A DNA stretch of 63,260 nucleotides, counting the filler, from Atractiella rhizophila (lineage: Eukaryota), in the NCBI GenBank assembly GCA_021432655.1. It is 5 parts of 4 records of this genome, joined end to end, with 100 filler letters (N's around TTAATTAATTAA, not from the genome) between each part and the next. Parts side by side here need not be neighbours in the genome. Positions count along the whole stretch, not along the records: positions 47,270 to 56,752 come from MU271715.1; positions 56,853 to 60,841 come from MU271753.1; positions 60,942 to 63,260 come from MU271823.1; 2 more parts are not named here. One strand, 5' to 3'. Of the stretch, positions 50,161 to 63,260 are shown piece by piece. The notes beneath the pieces are model-generated. The model searched no databases. It had not been told where the DNA came from and saw only the letters and a list, made by a program, of their open reading frames with translations. Position 1 is the first letter of the stretch. Each line of letters opens with the position of its first letter. A program made the position numbers and the translations under genes.

Positions 50161-53100
50161 TCTGTTCCTCCGGGTCAATCAGTAGACGAGAACGAAATGT
50201 GACGCCTCCTCCGCTCAATTAATTAGACTTCAAGGACGTTTTCGGTTTCGGTAGAGTCGTTTGGCACAGTAATCATTAGTTTAGCATGGTCAAAGAAAGA
50301 AGGCTGGTTTTGCTCTCACAGTCCTTTAGCATCTTCACTTGCTCCTTCGTCTTTCTTTGTCGTTACATCGACCTCATTCAAAAGTTTGGTTTGCATTGGG
50401 ACACTTTCTTTTCATCAACGGGCTCTTTACTCCTTCAATTATTGAAGACAAATTTGGAATTTGTGAGAGTTTTTGTTGTACAATTTACTCGTTCAAAATC
50501 GGTTCTGGAAGGATCGTACCTCTTCATTTTGGCTCTTGATGTTTCTTTGGGGACAAATCGAGGTCGATTCGATCTGAGTCGGTCCTAATCTCTCGCAATC
50601 GCATAGTCAAGGAGCGATGAGAGGATGTTGATATTTTCAGAGATGATTGGGAATGATAACTGAGTTACAATTCCATCACTTCCCATATTGGCAGTAAGCG
50701 TCAGCGTCGAGTCTAGCCATTTTCCTCGTCCTCACCCAAGACTGACCCTGATTCGAACCAGCGTGTCTTAAACAGCGCAAAGAAAACCAACGCCTCTTTG
50801 CTGAGCTTTGATTTCGCAAAGAGGTTTGCATCAATTACTCTATTGCCTCGACACGTAAGAAGGTCTTTACAACGTTTGACAATAACGGTTCATACACACA
50901 CGTCATCGACGTTGATCCAACAAAGAGCGAGCACAATATTTCGTCCTGAATCTACCCAACTACCCTTGTGATTTTTAATCCCTGCGACCAACTCTGGCGC
51001 GTCAGTGCCTGTCCGCCAATTCCGCCAAAGCCACAGAAGAGGTAAGGGATAATCAGACGATCCGAGCGAGATAGTGGCATCGGTCCCGCTCTCACACTTA
51101 AACTCACTCAGACTGAGTACTAGTTTGACTTCTATCCATGGACGAGACGAGCCCCAAATTGCTCACCTTGACCTTCACACGTTGCGTTGTCGCTGTCGTT
51201 AGTGTACATGGATCCTCTTCGGGAGGTTCCTGATCGGACTTTGAGGGAAGAAATTGAGGACAGTTCTGAACCATCTTAAAGGTTAATGGTACGCCTCCCA
51301 GACGCTGCAAACAGCAGGGTGGTATCTTTAGCTCGTGTCCAAGTTTGATTCAAGCTATGTTTTTTCATTTAATATCGCTATCAAAAAGAGTTTCAGACCG
51401 GTCGTCACTATTTTTTGAATTAGTTTGAACATGCATAGAGAGGGCTGTCGCCTCCTTTGATTTGTGGTTATTGATTCATCAGCAAACTAAGTGGGTTAAA
51501 GGCACCAGTTGCCTACCTACGACCAAAGAAGCGTTGATCATCTGTCTTTGATCCATTGCCGAATCAAAATCAAGAGAATAGAGCCAACACCATTTGCCCT
51601 GCTTACGAGATAGATCGAAATGTTCAGCAAACTAAAGCATTTGTCAGAACTCAGCTCAAATTCGTTGCAGAATGAAGTATGAATCATCCCAATGTCCAAA
51701 TCTGACGCCTTACGTCCCCTACCTGGACCTTTCGTGAGCGCTTTTACCCTAGTGGGTAGTAGATGCGAACAAGTCACAATTGCTGCGATGTGCCCTTGTC
51801 CAAAGGGATGGCGCATCCGCTCGCAAATTTTGACTCATTTCTTTTCCCTTGCTCCCATCCTATAAAGGCTGCTCTGCGTTTTCGACCCCTTCAAGTTCCC
51901 ATCAAACCGAGGTGGTGGCAACTATGTCTCAACACTCGAAGTTTGTCAGCCTCCTGCCACGTCCTACATTTACCGTGCTGACATTACTCTCAGGTCTAAC
52001 CTAAGCTCAGACCCTGGTTCTAATAGAACCAGTTCCTATTATGCTGGGTAAGCCGTTGCATTCTGTCCGTCATGTTATCGACGTTCCCACAGACCTGGAT
52101 CCAATCGATCCAGCTCACACTATGGGTTCGTCAGTCTCTCTTTGTTTCTCCCGTATCTCACTGTTCCTTTAGATCCAACCCTTCGTCCAACAGGAACAGC
52201 GTTCAGCAATTTCAGTAAGCGATCCCGATCGCCCCAGAAAGTACTAATGGCATGGTAATACTTTAGATTTAACGTCAACTCGAACCGTTCTAGTTCACAG
52301 TCTGGCATCTCCACCCCTGGGATGTCTATCGCTTCCAGCCAGAGACAAGAGTTTTCCAGGGCAAGCTCTCATGCCAGAGCGTGAACAATATTTCATTCTT
52401 GTCTCTTAAAGCAACACTAACCGAATCTTCTTAGCTCTGCTACTGGAACATCTGGCACTACGCTCGATACCTATCATTCGAGCGTGGGGTCCGCGTCGGT
52501 TTCTCTCGCTTCCGTCATCCTCAAGTCCAGCTAATCAACTTTACAGGGGAAGAGGCAGACCTCCACAAACCGCTTCCCAACTTGGACATGACCGCTACCC
52601 TCCTATCCCCATCGTGAAGGGAGGTGGCGCTCAGGCTGGCGGCCAAGGACAACCCCGGAATGACGACGGGCAGGTCAGTCTAACTGTTGAAATTTGTTTC
52701 CTCACAACGTCACATTGATAACCTGTGCGTAGCATGGTGGAGGAGGGTGCGGATGCTGCGCGATTATGTGACCAAGATCGATTCTCAGGCCAGAACAAAT
52801 TTCAGCTCCTTCGACATACGTCTATGTTTTGTGCTTCCCTAACTCTTTTCCAGTTTGTTGCCTGTAAAACAGAAGGTTGTTTAGTACCAGCAACCAGATA
52901 TATAGCCCTTGTGTTTCCTCTTACATATGACATCGTAGGAATGAATTGAAGAATGTGCATGTGTGTTGTATAGAAGCACGACGAACAATTCACTCATTGT
53001 CTTCTTCTTCATCTTCTTCCACGAGAGTCTCAAGTATAAATTTGTTTGACTTCGGGAGCTCCGAATTTGGATGGAATTCCCTCCACTTCCAATAATCCCT

Positions 53101-53380
53101 ACACTGTTTTGCGGTTTAGATTCTAATTCCGAAGGCTAGAGGAGAAGAAACATACAACGAGCGTCCAGTGATAGTTGAGGATTCCAGCAACTGCCGCACG
53201 CACATAGTTGACCAGAAAATCTTCCTTGGCATCCCTTCCCAACTCAGAAAAGGCAGATAAAACGCAATAAGGGGTGAGACACCGCTTACTCCGCCTATTC
53301 GATTTCGTTCGAAGGCATTCACCGTCGTTTCTTCATTTCGGTAAGCACCTTTGACAGGATTGCTTTGAATGGGACCTTGC

Positions 53381-54714
53381 TTACGATTCTGTCAACTGTT
53401 GCAACGCTTTCTTACACACAGAAGTCGCAAGCAAAAAATCTCGCAACTGACGGTCTTGAGCCCTCTTCATGATCCCGTACCATCTGTCCATCGGCTGACG
53501 TATTGGAGGCGCAATAGAGTCTTGAATCTTTCCAACCAAAGTGTAAGGATTGCGATCACGAAATTTAATGGGAGAAAGTGGGATGTATTTAGCCGGCGCA
53601 GAAACGTCGAGGTAAGAGGAGATTGATGGCAGAGGGCGACTCGACTTCTTCCACCGGGATGTCAAAAGGGTAAACGCCTTGCGGTTTATACGTTGCGTTT
53701 CTGCTTTCGTTAAGGGTTCAAGGCGTCGGGGAAAGTGTTGATAAAGGTCGACGAAGCAAGAAGGGAGATCGCTCGGATTTGGAGGTCCGTCTTTCTCATC
53801 TCGGGTTTGCTTGCTGTGCTGTCGGTGTCTGCCTGGAGACAAAGTAAGTGATGGTAATCACGCGCAAGGAAGATGCTGACTTTTCCTCTTTTCTGGTTTA
53901 CTGCGAGCTTTCAGCTGACGATCCTTGTGACGAGAAGTATCAGAAGCCGTCTTTGGTAAGGTCATTTGCGATCTCTTGAAGGATGGGTCCTATTGTGCAA
54001 ATTGTGACACTGCGCCAAAACGAAAGGAACGGAAATACCTTCCATGCCTAGAATGAGGGTCAGAGTTATTATCAATAGAAGTATGATCATACCATATCAA
54101 GTTCCATCATGTACTTGGCTGACACGGAGGCGTACGAAGTCAAGGTTGCCGAACTGGCACTCTCGCCAAATGCCGCGCAGGCAAGAATAAATGCTCGCGA
54201 GAAGATGTCGTCATTGAGTGCTGAATCCAAGGACCAAAAAGTACTCCTGAAAAATGGTCGGTCAGTGCTGATGGCGAAAAATCAGCAAAACTCACGAGTT
54301 GATAGACTTCCGAGCGGCTTTGGCTTCCTTCAGCTGTCTTAATACCACCAGGACAGCCCACTCCAGTTTACCCCTCAATATTTCCACCTCTTCGCCTGCA
54401 CTGTAATCAGAGGTCTCGGAGGCAGCTTTGACCGCCATGTGATGCACGCTTCGCAGGAGGGATGGATGGCAAGATATTCGTCTGTAGCCTGCATCGTATG
54501 GTGAAACCAAGGATGTACTGAGAGCTTGAGGAAGGAGATTGGCAAAATGGGTTTCAGAAACAGTGGGTATGAGGTGGGCGAGGTGAAGAGAGAGGAGAGT
54601 TTGGCGAAGGCTGCGAGGGAGATGCCAGAAGAGCATGCTGCCGAATGACTTCCTTTGTCCTTTCGGCCCAGAAGGGTCTTGAACCTCTGAAGGCGATTTC
54701 ATATGTGAATCCAT
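53381..54714 (-). CDS. Hypothetical multi-exon protein
   Basis: ORFs 54292-54714 and 53381-53842 are linked by canonical GT-AG introns with branch sites and an open internal exon. No family recognised. Confidence 0.4.
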
Positions 54715-57700
54715 TGCTTAACGCACTGGGAGAGAGCGTAGGGGATGGAGAAAAGGTTCCAGGTAAATTGAGGGAACCGCACTTATTTGTTGCAAGGTTT
54801 GGAAATCTGGCTTTCCCTTGTTAGTCCGCAGCTGCGTCAAGAGCGCTGCGGATACACATTATTTTCAGATCGTTTGCTTCGCATCAAATACAGCGCATGG
54901 AACCCACTACAAATCCAATGAGTGTACATATTGCATGTCACATAGAGTACCCGGAGTGGATGTAGTAGCCCCATGATCAAACTCAATCCTCCAGTTGTCC
55001 ATAACATGTTACCATCCCCGAACTGTCGAACTCATTCTGACACCACGTCCAGTCTTTTTCAGCATTCTTCACAAGACTCCGGAACTTGTAGTTCGTCCAA
55101 GTGGTCAGAAAAAACCTTTTCGATTTGTTTCACCACATAACCCACGTTCCAAATGTCTTCGAGATAACCTCCCTTTAATGCATCGATGTGCCAGTCCATT
55201 AAGACCTATATTTCTTAATCTAAGAAGTGCAGAAGGTCGCAGAGAAACGAGAAGACTTCTGAATAAGTGGTGGAGATGCAAAGAGAGAGAGAGTACTTGA
55301 TAAGCTGTGATACGTATAGAACTTCTCACGGTCCTCATTTCATCAATAGACAGTTCTGGTGAAACTGTTTTGATTGTCTAACAGTGTCGCGGCCATATTC
55401 TGGAGCAATGTTGCATCAAAGTGTTGGACAAGCAAATCACCGATCCCAGACATTGCGAAAAAGACATGCAAGTCGACCAATTCTGACGACTTTTGGCACA
55501 ACAGCGGAACAGATGCCACCCATTGCAATACAACATAGGTGTTGAGACAATTGACGGTCAGGTAAAAACTTCTGACATCTCCAACTTTTCGCCGCTCGGT
55601 GACCAGTGACATGCCAGCAGTTTCCGAAGTCAGAATAATGGTGGAGCACCTTAATATGGCGAAATTCTGTCGTAGATATGTCAAATTGCGGAACAAACTT
55701 CGCCTAAGTCATTAAGGTATTGTCGTTCGAGTCAAGGGACGAGCACGGTGGAATCAGTACTTGAGTTGTTTAAGGCGGCCGAAAGAAAACGTGTGAGGCT
55801 ACGGAGACAAGGAGGGAAAGCAAAACCATTAAATTGGCGCTGCTATCCCAACCGACAGATATGCCAGCCGTTTCAGCAGAGATAGGCTGCTAATCGACAT
55901 TAAAGCAGGAGCAAGGATCCGTCCCGCATCAAAAACACGATAGTTAGTAACTGAGAGCTTCATTTCTGTAATGGTCTTGGCCAGGAATATAAAATTGTTG
56001 GAAAAGTCCAAAGATTCTGATGGAGAGGGATAACACATATCGTTGTAGTGTAATTTAAGTCGTGTCAGGTGGCAGAAACAAGATGTTTGATTCGGTCGCT
56101 GCAGGCTGCGAACGTGGCATGTTCTTGAAAATATTCATCAGGTGGTGGTGGCACACGGAACACGGAACCTTGAAAGCTCTCCAGAAAAACGTTGACAAAG
56201 TCAGAATCTAAACAATTTCACGCGGCGTCACCTTGGGGTCATTTGTGGTGTTCGAGGATTTTTGAGAAAACTGCCGAAGGCAGGCACTGCAGGAGACAGC
56301 AACGATTTGTGGGTTCTAGTCGTCCCTACATCGTCAAGCAGTTGTGACTGGTGCATTTGTTCTGCACACCTAAGAGAAACTGAGCGGACGGCTCTCCGTT
56401 TTTTTCTCCAGCAAAAGTCCAGGAGTCCTTGCAGATGTGCCGTAACTTGATATATTTCGCCTCGCGATCAGCATTCAATCGGTCCTCTAGCAACCCAGCT
56501 GTCCAGCTGTAGCTGTGATGGATTTTGGACGACGGCGGAGTGATGAGATCCCTGTGCAGGTGCAGGAAGAGGGTCGCTTCAGGGTAAAAGCTGGCTGTAT
56601 TGCGTAGTTGAATCAGACCTTCGACACTAATGCAATTACTCTGGCGAGTTCGAGTTCGAAGGAAATATTTGACAAATGACTACAAAATGAAGGGAAATGC
56701 GACACATGGCGACACATTCACTTGAAGCTCAGTCTTCCGCCCGCTCTTCCGCNNNNNNNNNNNNNNNNNNNNNNNNNNNNNNNNNNNNNNNNNNNNTTAA
56801 TTAATTAANNNNNNNNNNNNNNNNNNNNNNNNNNNNNNNNNNNNNNNNNNNNGTTATGAACGATGCAGAATTGGTGGTGATTGAATTGGACGAAGATGGT
56901 GGAGAGATTGACAATGGAGGAGAAAGTGGTGTTGCCGGATGTGGAGGTGAAGACATGTAAATAATGTTCGACGGAGCACGGAGCGTGTGTAAACTGATCA
57001 GTGGAATATTCGGACCTGTAACCACAACCAGAGGTCAGAAAAACGTGCCTTAAAAGGTTTTATGCTCAAAACCCTGCAGAGCATCGATCCAAACAAACAA
57101 CGGGGGCTGACTGCCCAAAGTGGTCGGAAATTCGCTTGCACCCCAGAAATCTGATGGGCAGCAATGCAGCTTGGAATCGCGCCCATTCTTCGCGATTTCA
57201 CGTTTTACAGTTCAAAAAACAACATGCAGGAAAGTTCTGCTAATGGAGAGGCCATATCGGCGACAGGGACACGTTTTTGGTCTACAACCGTCATTCGTGA
57301 AATCCGCGATAACGCGAACAAAAGCGTTCAGAAGCGTATCAGAAAAATCGAGGATGTTCCCACACCCACTGCCATCACCACAGACGCGAAACACGGACCT
57401 AGAGACTCTTGCAAACGAATAGATGAACCCCAAACCCTTCCTTACAGAACCGATGGCAGTTCCTAACGAAATGGCTCCAATCTTTCGCCCCAAAAATACG
57501 TAGGCACCGTCAGAGGGTCAGGAATAAATAGGAAGGTGAGAAGGTAGGAATTCGATGGATATTCGATGCGAGACCTTGGTGTTCGCTCGATGAGTTTGGC
57601 TTGGTCTCCTTCCGTCCAAACAATGAGATCGATCCGGCTCCCGAGGTTGTAAGATCGTAGTGTCGACCTTTTGGGAGGTGTATTGGCGAATTCGTGCTGG

Positions 57701-57918
57701 GTTTTGGGAGTTGAGCGTGATGGGGGGGAAGAGACTTGGTCGATTTAGCTAAAGGAAGCAATGGTTGGCTCACCCTTCCCGGCCCTCGTTTAACCACTCA
57801 AAGTTAAAATGCTTCGATGAGATAAAGCCAGCGTATTGAGTCCCAAAAATTCCATAAGCGGGATATCTAGGCCAGATGAAACCTCTGAAGCCACTCCGAA
57901 AGGGAGGTCAGATGGAGA

Positions 57919-59362
57919 ATGATGGTACAATACGAGAGGTATCAAGGCCAGGAGTTAGTTGATGCCAGTTGATGCTAAAGTAGATGATTCGATTTGGAAC
58001 AGCTTCTACCCCCAAACTGTGAATTTATTTATTGCAAGGTCGAGCGTCAGACTTTTTGGCCTTTGGCAGCAGAATCACGCGATGAGCCTTTGCCTTAAAG
58101 ATCTAGATCGCTTTCCACATAAATACCGCCAAATAAAAGTCTTGCAAATAACTCTCACCCGCACTGCCATGCAGCCCAACTTCGAACTAACGTTTGACCT
58201 GGAAGCCTACGAAACTTCATGTTTGTTATGCGGTGCCACAGAGGGTGTATCTACGGCGCGGATAATACCGCCAGACACCTCAGATTTTCAATATGACACA
58301 AACGGAGATTACGCTTTCTTGAACGAGCTCCCGATTGCTATCTCCCATGCTGGCAATGCTATCATCCGTGCGCTTCTCGTGCTTGCTCCACCAGAAGGAA
58401 AGAATCTCATAAGCTACATGACTTAAAGTGTGTCCCGTCCACTTGGACTCTTTTCGAAACTTCCGAATCGCTCTCGTTCCTCATCTACCAGACCTCGAGT
58501 TGCTGCAGAAGCACGCTTCCATTGCTCTTACAAGCAGCAATATCGCACTCGCGCTTGAGTCGTGGGGTGATTTTCGACCAACAAAGATCAAAGATCTCCC
58601 ATTGAAGTCAGTAAGTTTGACATCTTCACTCCTCAGCAGACCTTAAGCTCCTTCTTTTGCTAGCTATCAGGGGTCTATATCTATTTGAACCTCTCAGCGC
58701 ATCCATCCAAGCTCGGGTTCTATACCGAATCTCTCCTCCCCTCTCCATATCACCACGTTCTCCTCCATCCCAATCCTTCTACACGACTCATATCTCCCGT
58801 GCCGACCTCCCATCAATTCCCATCTTCCCTCTTCTACCACCTCGATCGAGCTCCCATCTCTCCGCTCCACCTCCTCCTACACGCTTACACCGCTTTGAGT
58901 CTCACAGCTGAGCAGTCTGCGAACCGACTTTCTCGAGCAGCCCGAGAGACATGGGAACACCTCTCACAGCTTCACAGCGACCTAATCCTCATGGACGAAG
59001 GATCTATCGCCGCCATCCAGGGTTCCAACGAACTCACAATTCTAGGTCAAGAACCAATAAGTGAGAAGGCAATGGCAGCGATTCGAAGAGAGAGGACGTG
59101 GACTGCGACGGAGGAGGCGCCAGTGAAACTGGTCCGGATGAGCAGCAGTGGCTCGGCTCGACAGGGAACTAGTGAGGAATCCACCTCCACTTCCCCTTCG
59201 CTCGATTCGATAGATATGGACGAGGAAGCTTTGGATTTGGACCTTGGGGACATGAGTGGGACGTCGGGAAGACTCCACGAGCTTTTGATCGGAGGAGACC
59301 TTCAGGCTTTAATGGATGTTGACGCCGATGGCGGGTTTCTCCAGAGGAAGAAGAGGAGATAA
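57919..59362 (+). CDS. Protein with degenerate HNH-endonuclease-like (HNH_2) domain
   Basis: CLLCGA..STARIIP..GNAII|LCPVHLDSF resembles CxxCG..AHIIP..NxIxLCPxH..FD. C-terminal basic RKKRR. Start uncertain. Confidence 0.55.
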
Positions 59363-59521
59363 TTTGGATCTTTGTTTGGCATGGCGTATCTTACCTCCTT
59401 CGATTGATGACATTGCTAGTGATCATCTGTGTCAAGTTCTTTCGTTCCATCAAAATCAACGATTTTGTGTTGTGTAGGCATCAAAGTGGCAGGAACCTAT
59501 TGACCAACGAACTACCGCACT

Positions 59522-60564
59522 TCACAGTTTTGGGGTGGCAGCCTTATCAAACGTTTTCACCTTCCTTCCATCGGGGAAAGGGCCCTTCCACTCTTTCCCA
59601 AGCCTTAGTGTCCCTCTTTAGCCTGCAGTTTTCGGTGAGGAACAAGAACAACGCACCACCAAGCGATAACCTCGAATCTATCGCTCCCAAAGAAACTTGC
59701 CTTAGCCCCATCTTCTCTCGTAATCTCAAACCATGGGAAGCCGAATGTTCTAATAGTCGATTGCTCCTGTTGAGCCACAATTCTAAGAGACGAAGAAAAG
59801 GAACACTAACCCGCGAGCGACCAATTCCTCCGGCAGCTTCTTCACCCTCTCCTTGTTCTCAGGTTCATTCATCTTCTGGATCAATTCCTCTAGTCTCTCC
59901 TTCGAGAACACTGAAGGAACGAGAAGAGAATGCCAGGCGGGGGGTTCAAAAGCTTCGTTATTGAGTTTCACGTGTATTGCTTCCTGTGTTTGCAATGTGA
60001 GCATTCCAACTCCGAAGATTAAGGACGAGGTGAACGAACATTGATTATATCCGTCACCTGAAGAAGCTTTTCCTGCCCTTCTAAGAGGTTGATAACGGTG
60101 AGAAAACGGGAGATGCCCAGAGATTGAGGAGGAAAAGAAGGCGCTTTCGAAGGGTCTGGTCGCCCCATCTAGAGACAGTTCATCAATGCAACAAACTCCA
60201 AGAGAAAATAGAAGAACAAAACGCACCGGAATGCCATAGTAGGTTGCGACCATAGGAATGTCGACTTTGCCCTGTTCGGTTTCTTCAACCATGTTCACGA
60301 CAGCTCACACTGCGGCGCACCATGTATTCACCTGAATCTTTTGGTCAACCATAGTTCGACAAGGACAGAGACAGAAATTGACGTACCCTTAACCCTCACA
60401 GTGACAGGCGGCCTATTCTTTGCAGCGACCATAATCCCTCCCAAAAAAGCTGGACACAACTCAAGGTCTAAGTCCCACGCTTTCGAATACCTCTTCAAAA
60501 CGGTGAGCGCGACATAGGCCCATGGGGAGACAGGGTCATAGTAAAATTTGATTTTTGTAGACAT
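59522..60564 (-). CDS. GST-kappa / DsbA-like (HCCA isomerase family) thioredoxin-fold protein
   Basis: IKFYYDPVSPWAY..PAFLGGIM..NRPP..GSDRFE..WKGPFP. Confidence 0.88.
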
Positions 60565-60941
60565 GTCTGTCGATGCCAATCTGCGTAGCTATGGAGCAGT
60601 GAATCAATCAATAATCAACTGAACCAGGGAAATGAGTTACCTGCCGCTTCAACTTTGAATTTCGTGAAGAATGTCGCAGGACTCCGGCGGTCGTCGTGCT
60701 CCACCTAGCCAAAACTGCTTTTGGGACGCGACCTGACAGAGCAGGGAAGCTGCAGAGCTGGTTTATGAGGTGTTGTCTCTTGGGCGGGAGTCGGGTAGTG
60801 GGGAAGCCGGCTGTACATACTTGCCCCCTACGGTGAGAACANNNNNNNNNNNNNNNNNNNNNNNNNNNNNNNNNNNNNNNNNNNNTTAATTAATTAANNN
60901 NNNNNNNNNNNNNNNNNNNNNNNNNNNNNNNNNNNNNNNNN

Positions 60942-62237
60942 CAAACCTGGGATTGTCGGCTCTGAAATCTCCCTTCGAGAATTCCGTTGACGATTTGTAC
61001 TTGCCAGTCAAGAATCCGCGACCCAAAGGCGCATACCTGTCTTAACACTCAGAGAACTTTACTGAAAAAGGTGTTCACCGCACGCTACGATAGGGATCCC
61101 AAGTTCCTCGCATGCGGCACGAATTCCGTCCTTTTCGATATGTGTACTCCAGGGACTGCAAAAAGTGAGACATTCTAGATAAATGTGACTGTATGGACAA
61201 AGTCACCTGTACTCGAACTGCACAGCGTCGATTTTCGTGACCTCGAACAGCCTGTCAGCTTCTACCCTTTCAGGAGGAAGATGCTCACTTTCGCGGCTCG
61301 TCTCAATGTCGCGACGGCACATTCGCTGATGCCGATGTATTTGAACTTGCCTTGCTTGCGCAGCTCATCCATGGCTCCTGACGTGGTTCGGGTTAGCCCA
61401 CATCCAAACTCCGTAAGATGCACACAAACCAATCGTCTCCTCAATGGGAACATTAGGATCGACTCTGTGCAAGTATACGAGATCGGGCTAAATATCGGGT
61501 TACAACACCTGTTAGGGAGTAAAGGTAAAGCTTACATTTGTTCCCAATCTTTCAATGCTCTCTGTTATTGCTTTCCGAACGTAGTCTGCGGAACCTGCAA
61601 AGATATTAACGAGAGTAACGTGGAATGCAACAGAGGTACCGTTGACTCCCGCCCTTTCTCCCGTCTCACGATTCCAATCATTCCCTAAGCTCAGTTCAAC
61701 AACAACTTTCAGAGATTATTTTGTGAAGCTTGCCAAATTTGGTTGCAAGAAAAACTTTCGATCGATTGTCGCCTTCAGCTAACACTTCTCCAAAAAGCTT
61801 CTCATTGTGGCCTTGCCCTGAGAGCAGTTCAGCTTCCGGAACAATGATCTATTGACGACGATTCGCACCATACATATCTGGATAAAAAAGTCAGCTACGA
61901 TCCAAAAAAAAAGAGCAAATATACCAGCTGTGTCCCAGAAAGTACATCCTAACACGTCGTCGAGGTGGTTCAGCTTTCAGACTGTAGAAAGAGAAAATGA
62001 GGATACCTAGTTCGATCGCCTTCCTTAAAACGTGTTTGCTCCTCTCATCATCTCGCTCTCCGTAATAAGCACTCATGCCCTTTTCCTTCCATTAGTACAT
62101 CAGACGAAGTTCTGTGAAATGTACCATCCCGCCCAACCCTGCAAATCTTGATCGTGAGAGATCGCAATTAATCAAGAGCAGTTTATCTCACCAGGGACAG
62201 GAACTTGTATTTCACTGCTGAAAGCGACTGTCTTCAT
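60942..62237 (-). CDS. Aldo-keto reductase, 3' partial (runs into gap)
   Basis: VPG|LGGMGMSAYYG, CTFWDTA, EKLLGE, FLATKFG, GKFKYIGISEC, RELGI and AFGS. Confidence 0.9.
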
Positions 62238-62383
62238 ACTGTCGTAAATGGTAAAGAGTCTAGGGTAGATGTCGTCGAGCAACCAATGATATTGGGAGCG
62301 GTTGACGGCCCGGCCAAGCCGCTCGCACCTGACTTCAACAAACTGCGCAATTGATCTGATATTACGCCTACAGACCAATCCTC

Positions 62384-63260
62384 ATGGACACAAGCAATCG
62401 ACAACTTGACATTCTACTCAAATGCTATGCTCAGAAGGCACCTTATTCTCCAAAGGCAATTCCTTCAAGCTTCTTTCCAGACCCCATTACGATTACCGCA
62501 GCAGAAATCCAGACAGCTTTCGGGAACTTTTTCAACGTTGACCAGCTAAATGATGGGGGGAAAGGATGGAAGATCGCTTTCTGGAAGCGTGTCATCGATC
62601 TGATAGAAGAGGGTATACAACTTAGAAAGGCAAGAGGGGAGGACACTGATGATTTTGTGAGTTCCTTCCTTCTATGCAACCTAGTCATTGAAATACAAAA
62701 GGCCGTCAGCGACGAAATTGTTGAGGGCTTCAGCAAAATTGTCAATGACAGAAATCCAGGAGATGGCCGGACGCAACGAAGATACCTCTTTCGAACTCAA
62801 GATGAAAAAGCATGCATAGTCATTCGTGAAGACGAAGCCTACATTTCACATGGGACGACGGGATTAGCAACTTGGTGAGCATTTATCGCACAAAATCTCG
62901 GTTTACGGACGAGAGAGCAGGCAGGCTAGGTGATTTTACCTCGACACACTCAACCGGAATCCTCATTGATATGAACATAGCGTACACTTGTCCAATTATC
63001 TACTCTCAAATCCTGGTAAGAAATCAATACGACATTTCGAAAGCAAACAGTGCCAACATAGATATTTTATTATTGTTGCCCTCAACGGCCTCAATAATCG
63101 AGCTAGGCTCTGGAACTGGATTGGTATCTCTCGTGGCGCAGAGGATAATGTCTGATGGCCACCCTACACAAAGGATATATGCCACTGATCTGAACGATAA
63201 CGTTTTACACCGACTGAAGGAAAACATTAGGCAAAGTAAGTTTTTGACTTCGGAGCAAGC
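62384..63260 (+). CDS. EFM3: FAM86/EEF2KMT (Efm3-like) protein-lysine methyltransferase, 3' partial
   Basis: FWKRVI, ISHGTTGLATW, IIELGSGTGLVSL (SAM motif I) and ATDL..VLHRLKENI. Confidence 0.75.

Noticed and set aside
56853..57470. Possible transposase fragment after the gap
   Set aside because: No DDE, RT or other mobile-element motif recognisable.
30021..60941. Recurrent palindromic TTAATTAATTAA within N runs (four times)
   Set aside because: Artificial all-frame-stop contig linker, not biological. Adjacency across these spacers is unproven.
1..63260. CRISPR arrays, rRNA or tRNA genes
   Set aside because: None recognised. The sequence is eukaryotic with no repeat-spacer periodicity.

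Overview
Intron-rich eukaryotic DNA with short introns (about 40-55 nt), most likely a basidiomycete fungus. Five sequence blocks are joined by artificial N/TTAATTAATTAA spacers. Housekeeping genes: class II sirtuin, PPC decarboxylase, ATG7, RING/TRAF-type ligase, YTM1, ADP-ribosylglycohydrolase, Vps39/Vps3-like, TMA23-like, GRAM/VASt lipid transfer protein, GST-kappa, aldo-keto reductase and an EFM3-like methyltransferase. Accessory loci: a BTB array with an embedded secreted lipoxygenase, a DUF4419 pair, a microexon-rich secreted protein and a degenerate HNH protein. The main finding lies between ATG7 and the RING gene (about 11.0-23.5 kb): a three-fold tandem head-to-head module. Each unit pairs a minus-strand PD-(D/E)xK-type nuclease gene with a plus-strand kinase gene. 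The kinase N-terminal domain looks like a catalytically dead paralogue of that nuclease, with the same GSLRxxD motif and the same phase-0 intron position. All three kinases splice into intact ORFs, while all three nuclease copies are broken. This is the pattern expected of a decayed toxin-antidote or Spok-like selfish system, but the function is inferred, not shown. Family assignments come from motif recognition by eye, not database searches.
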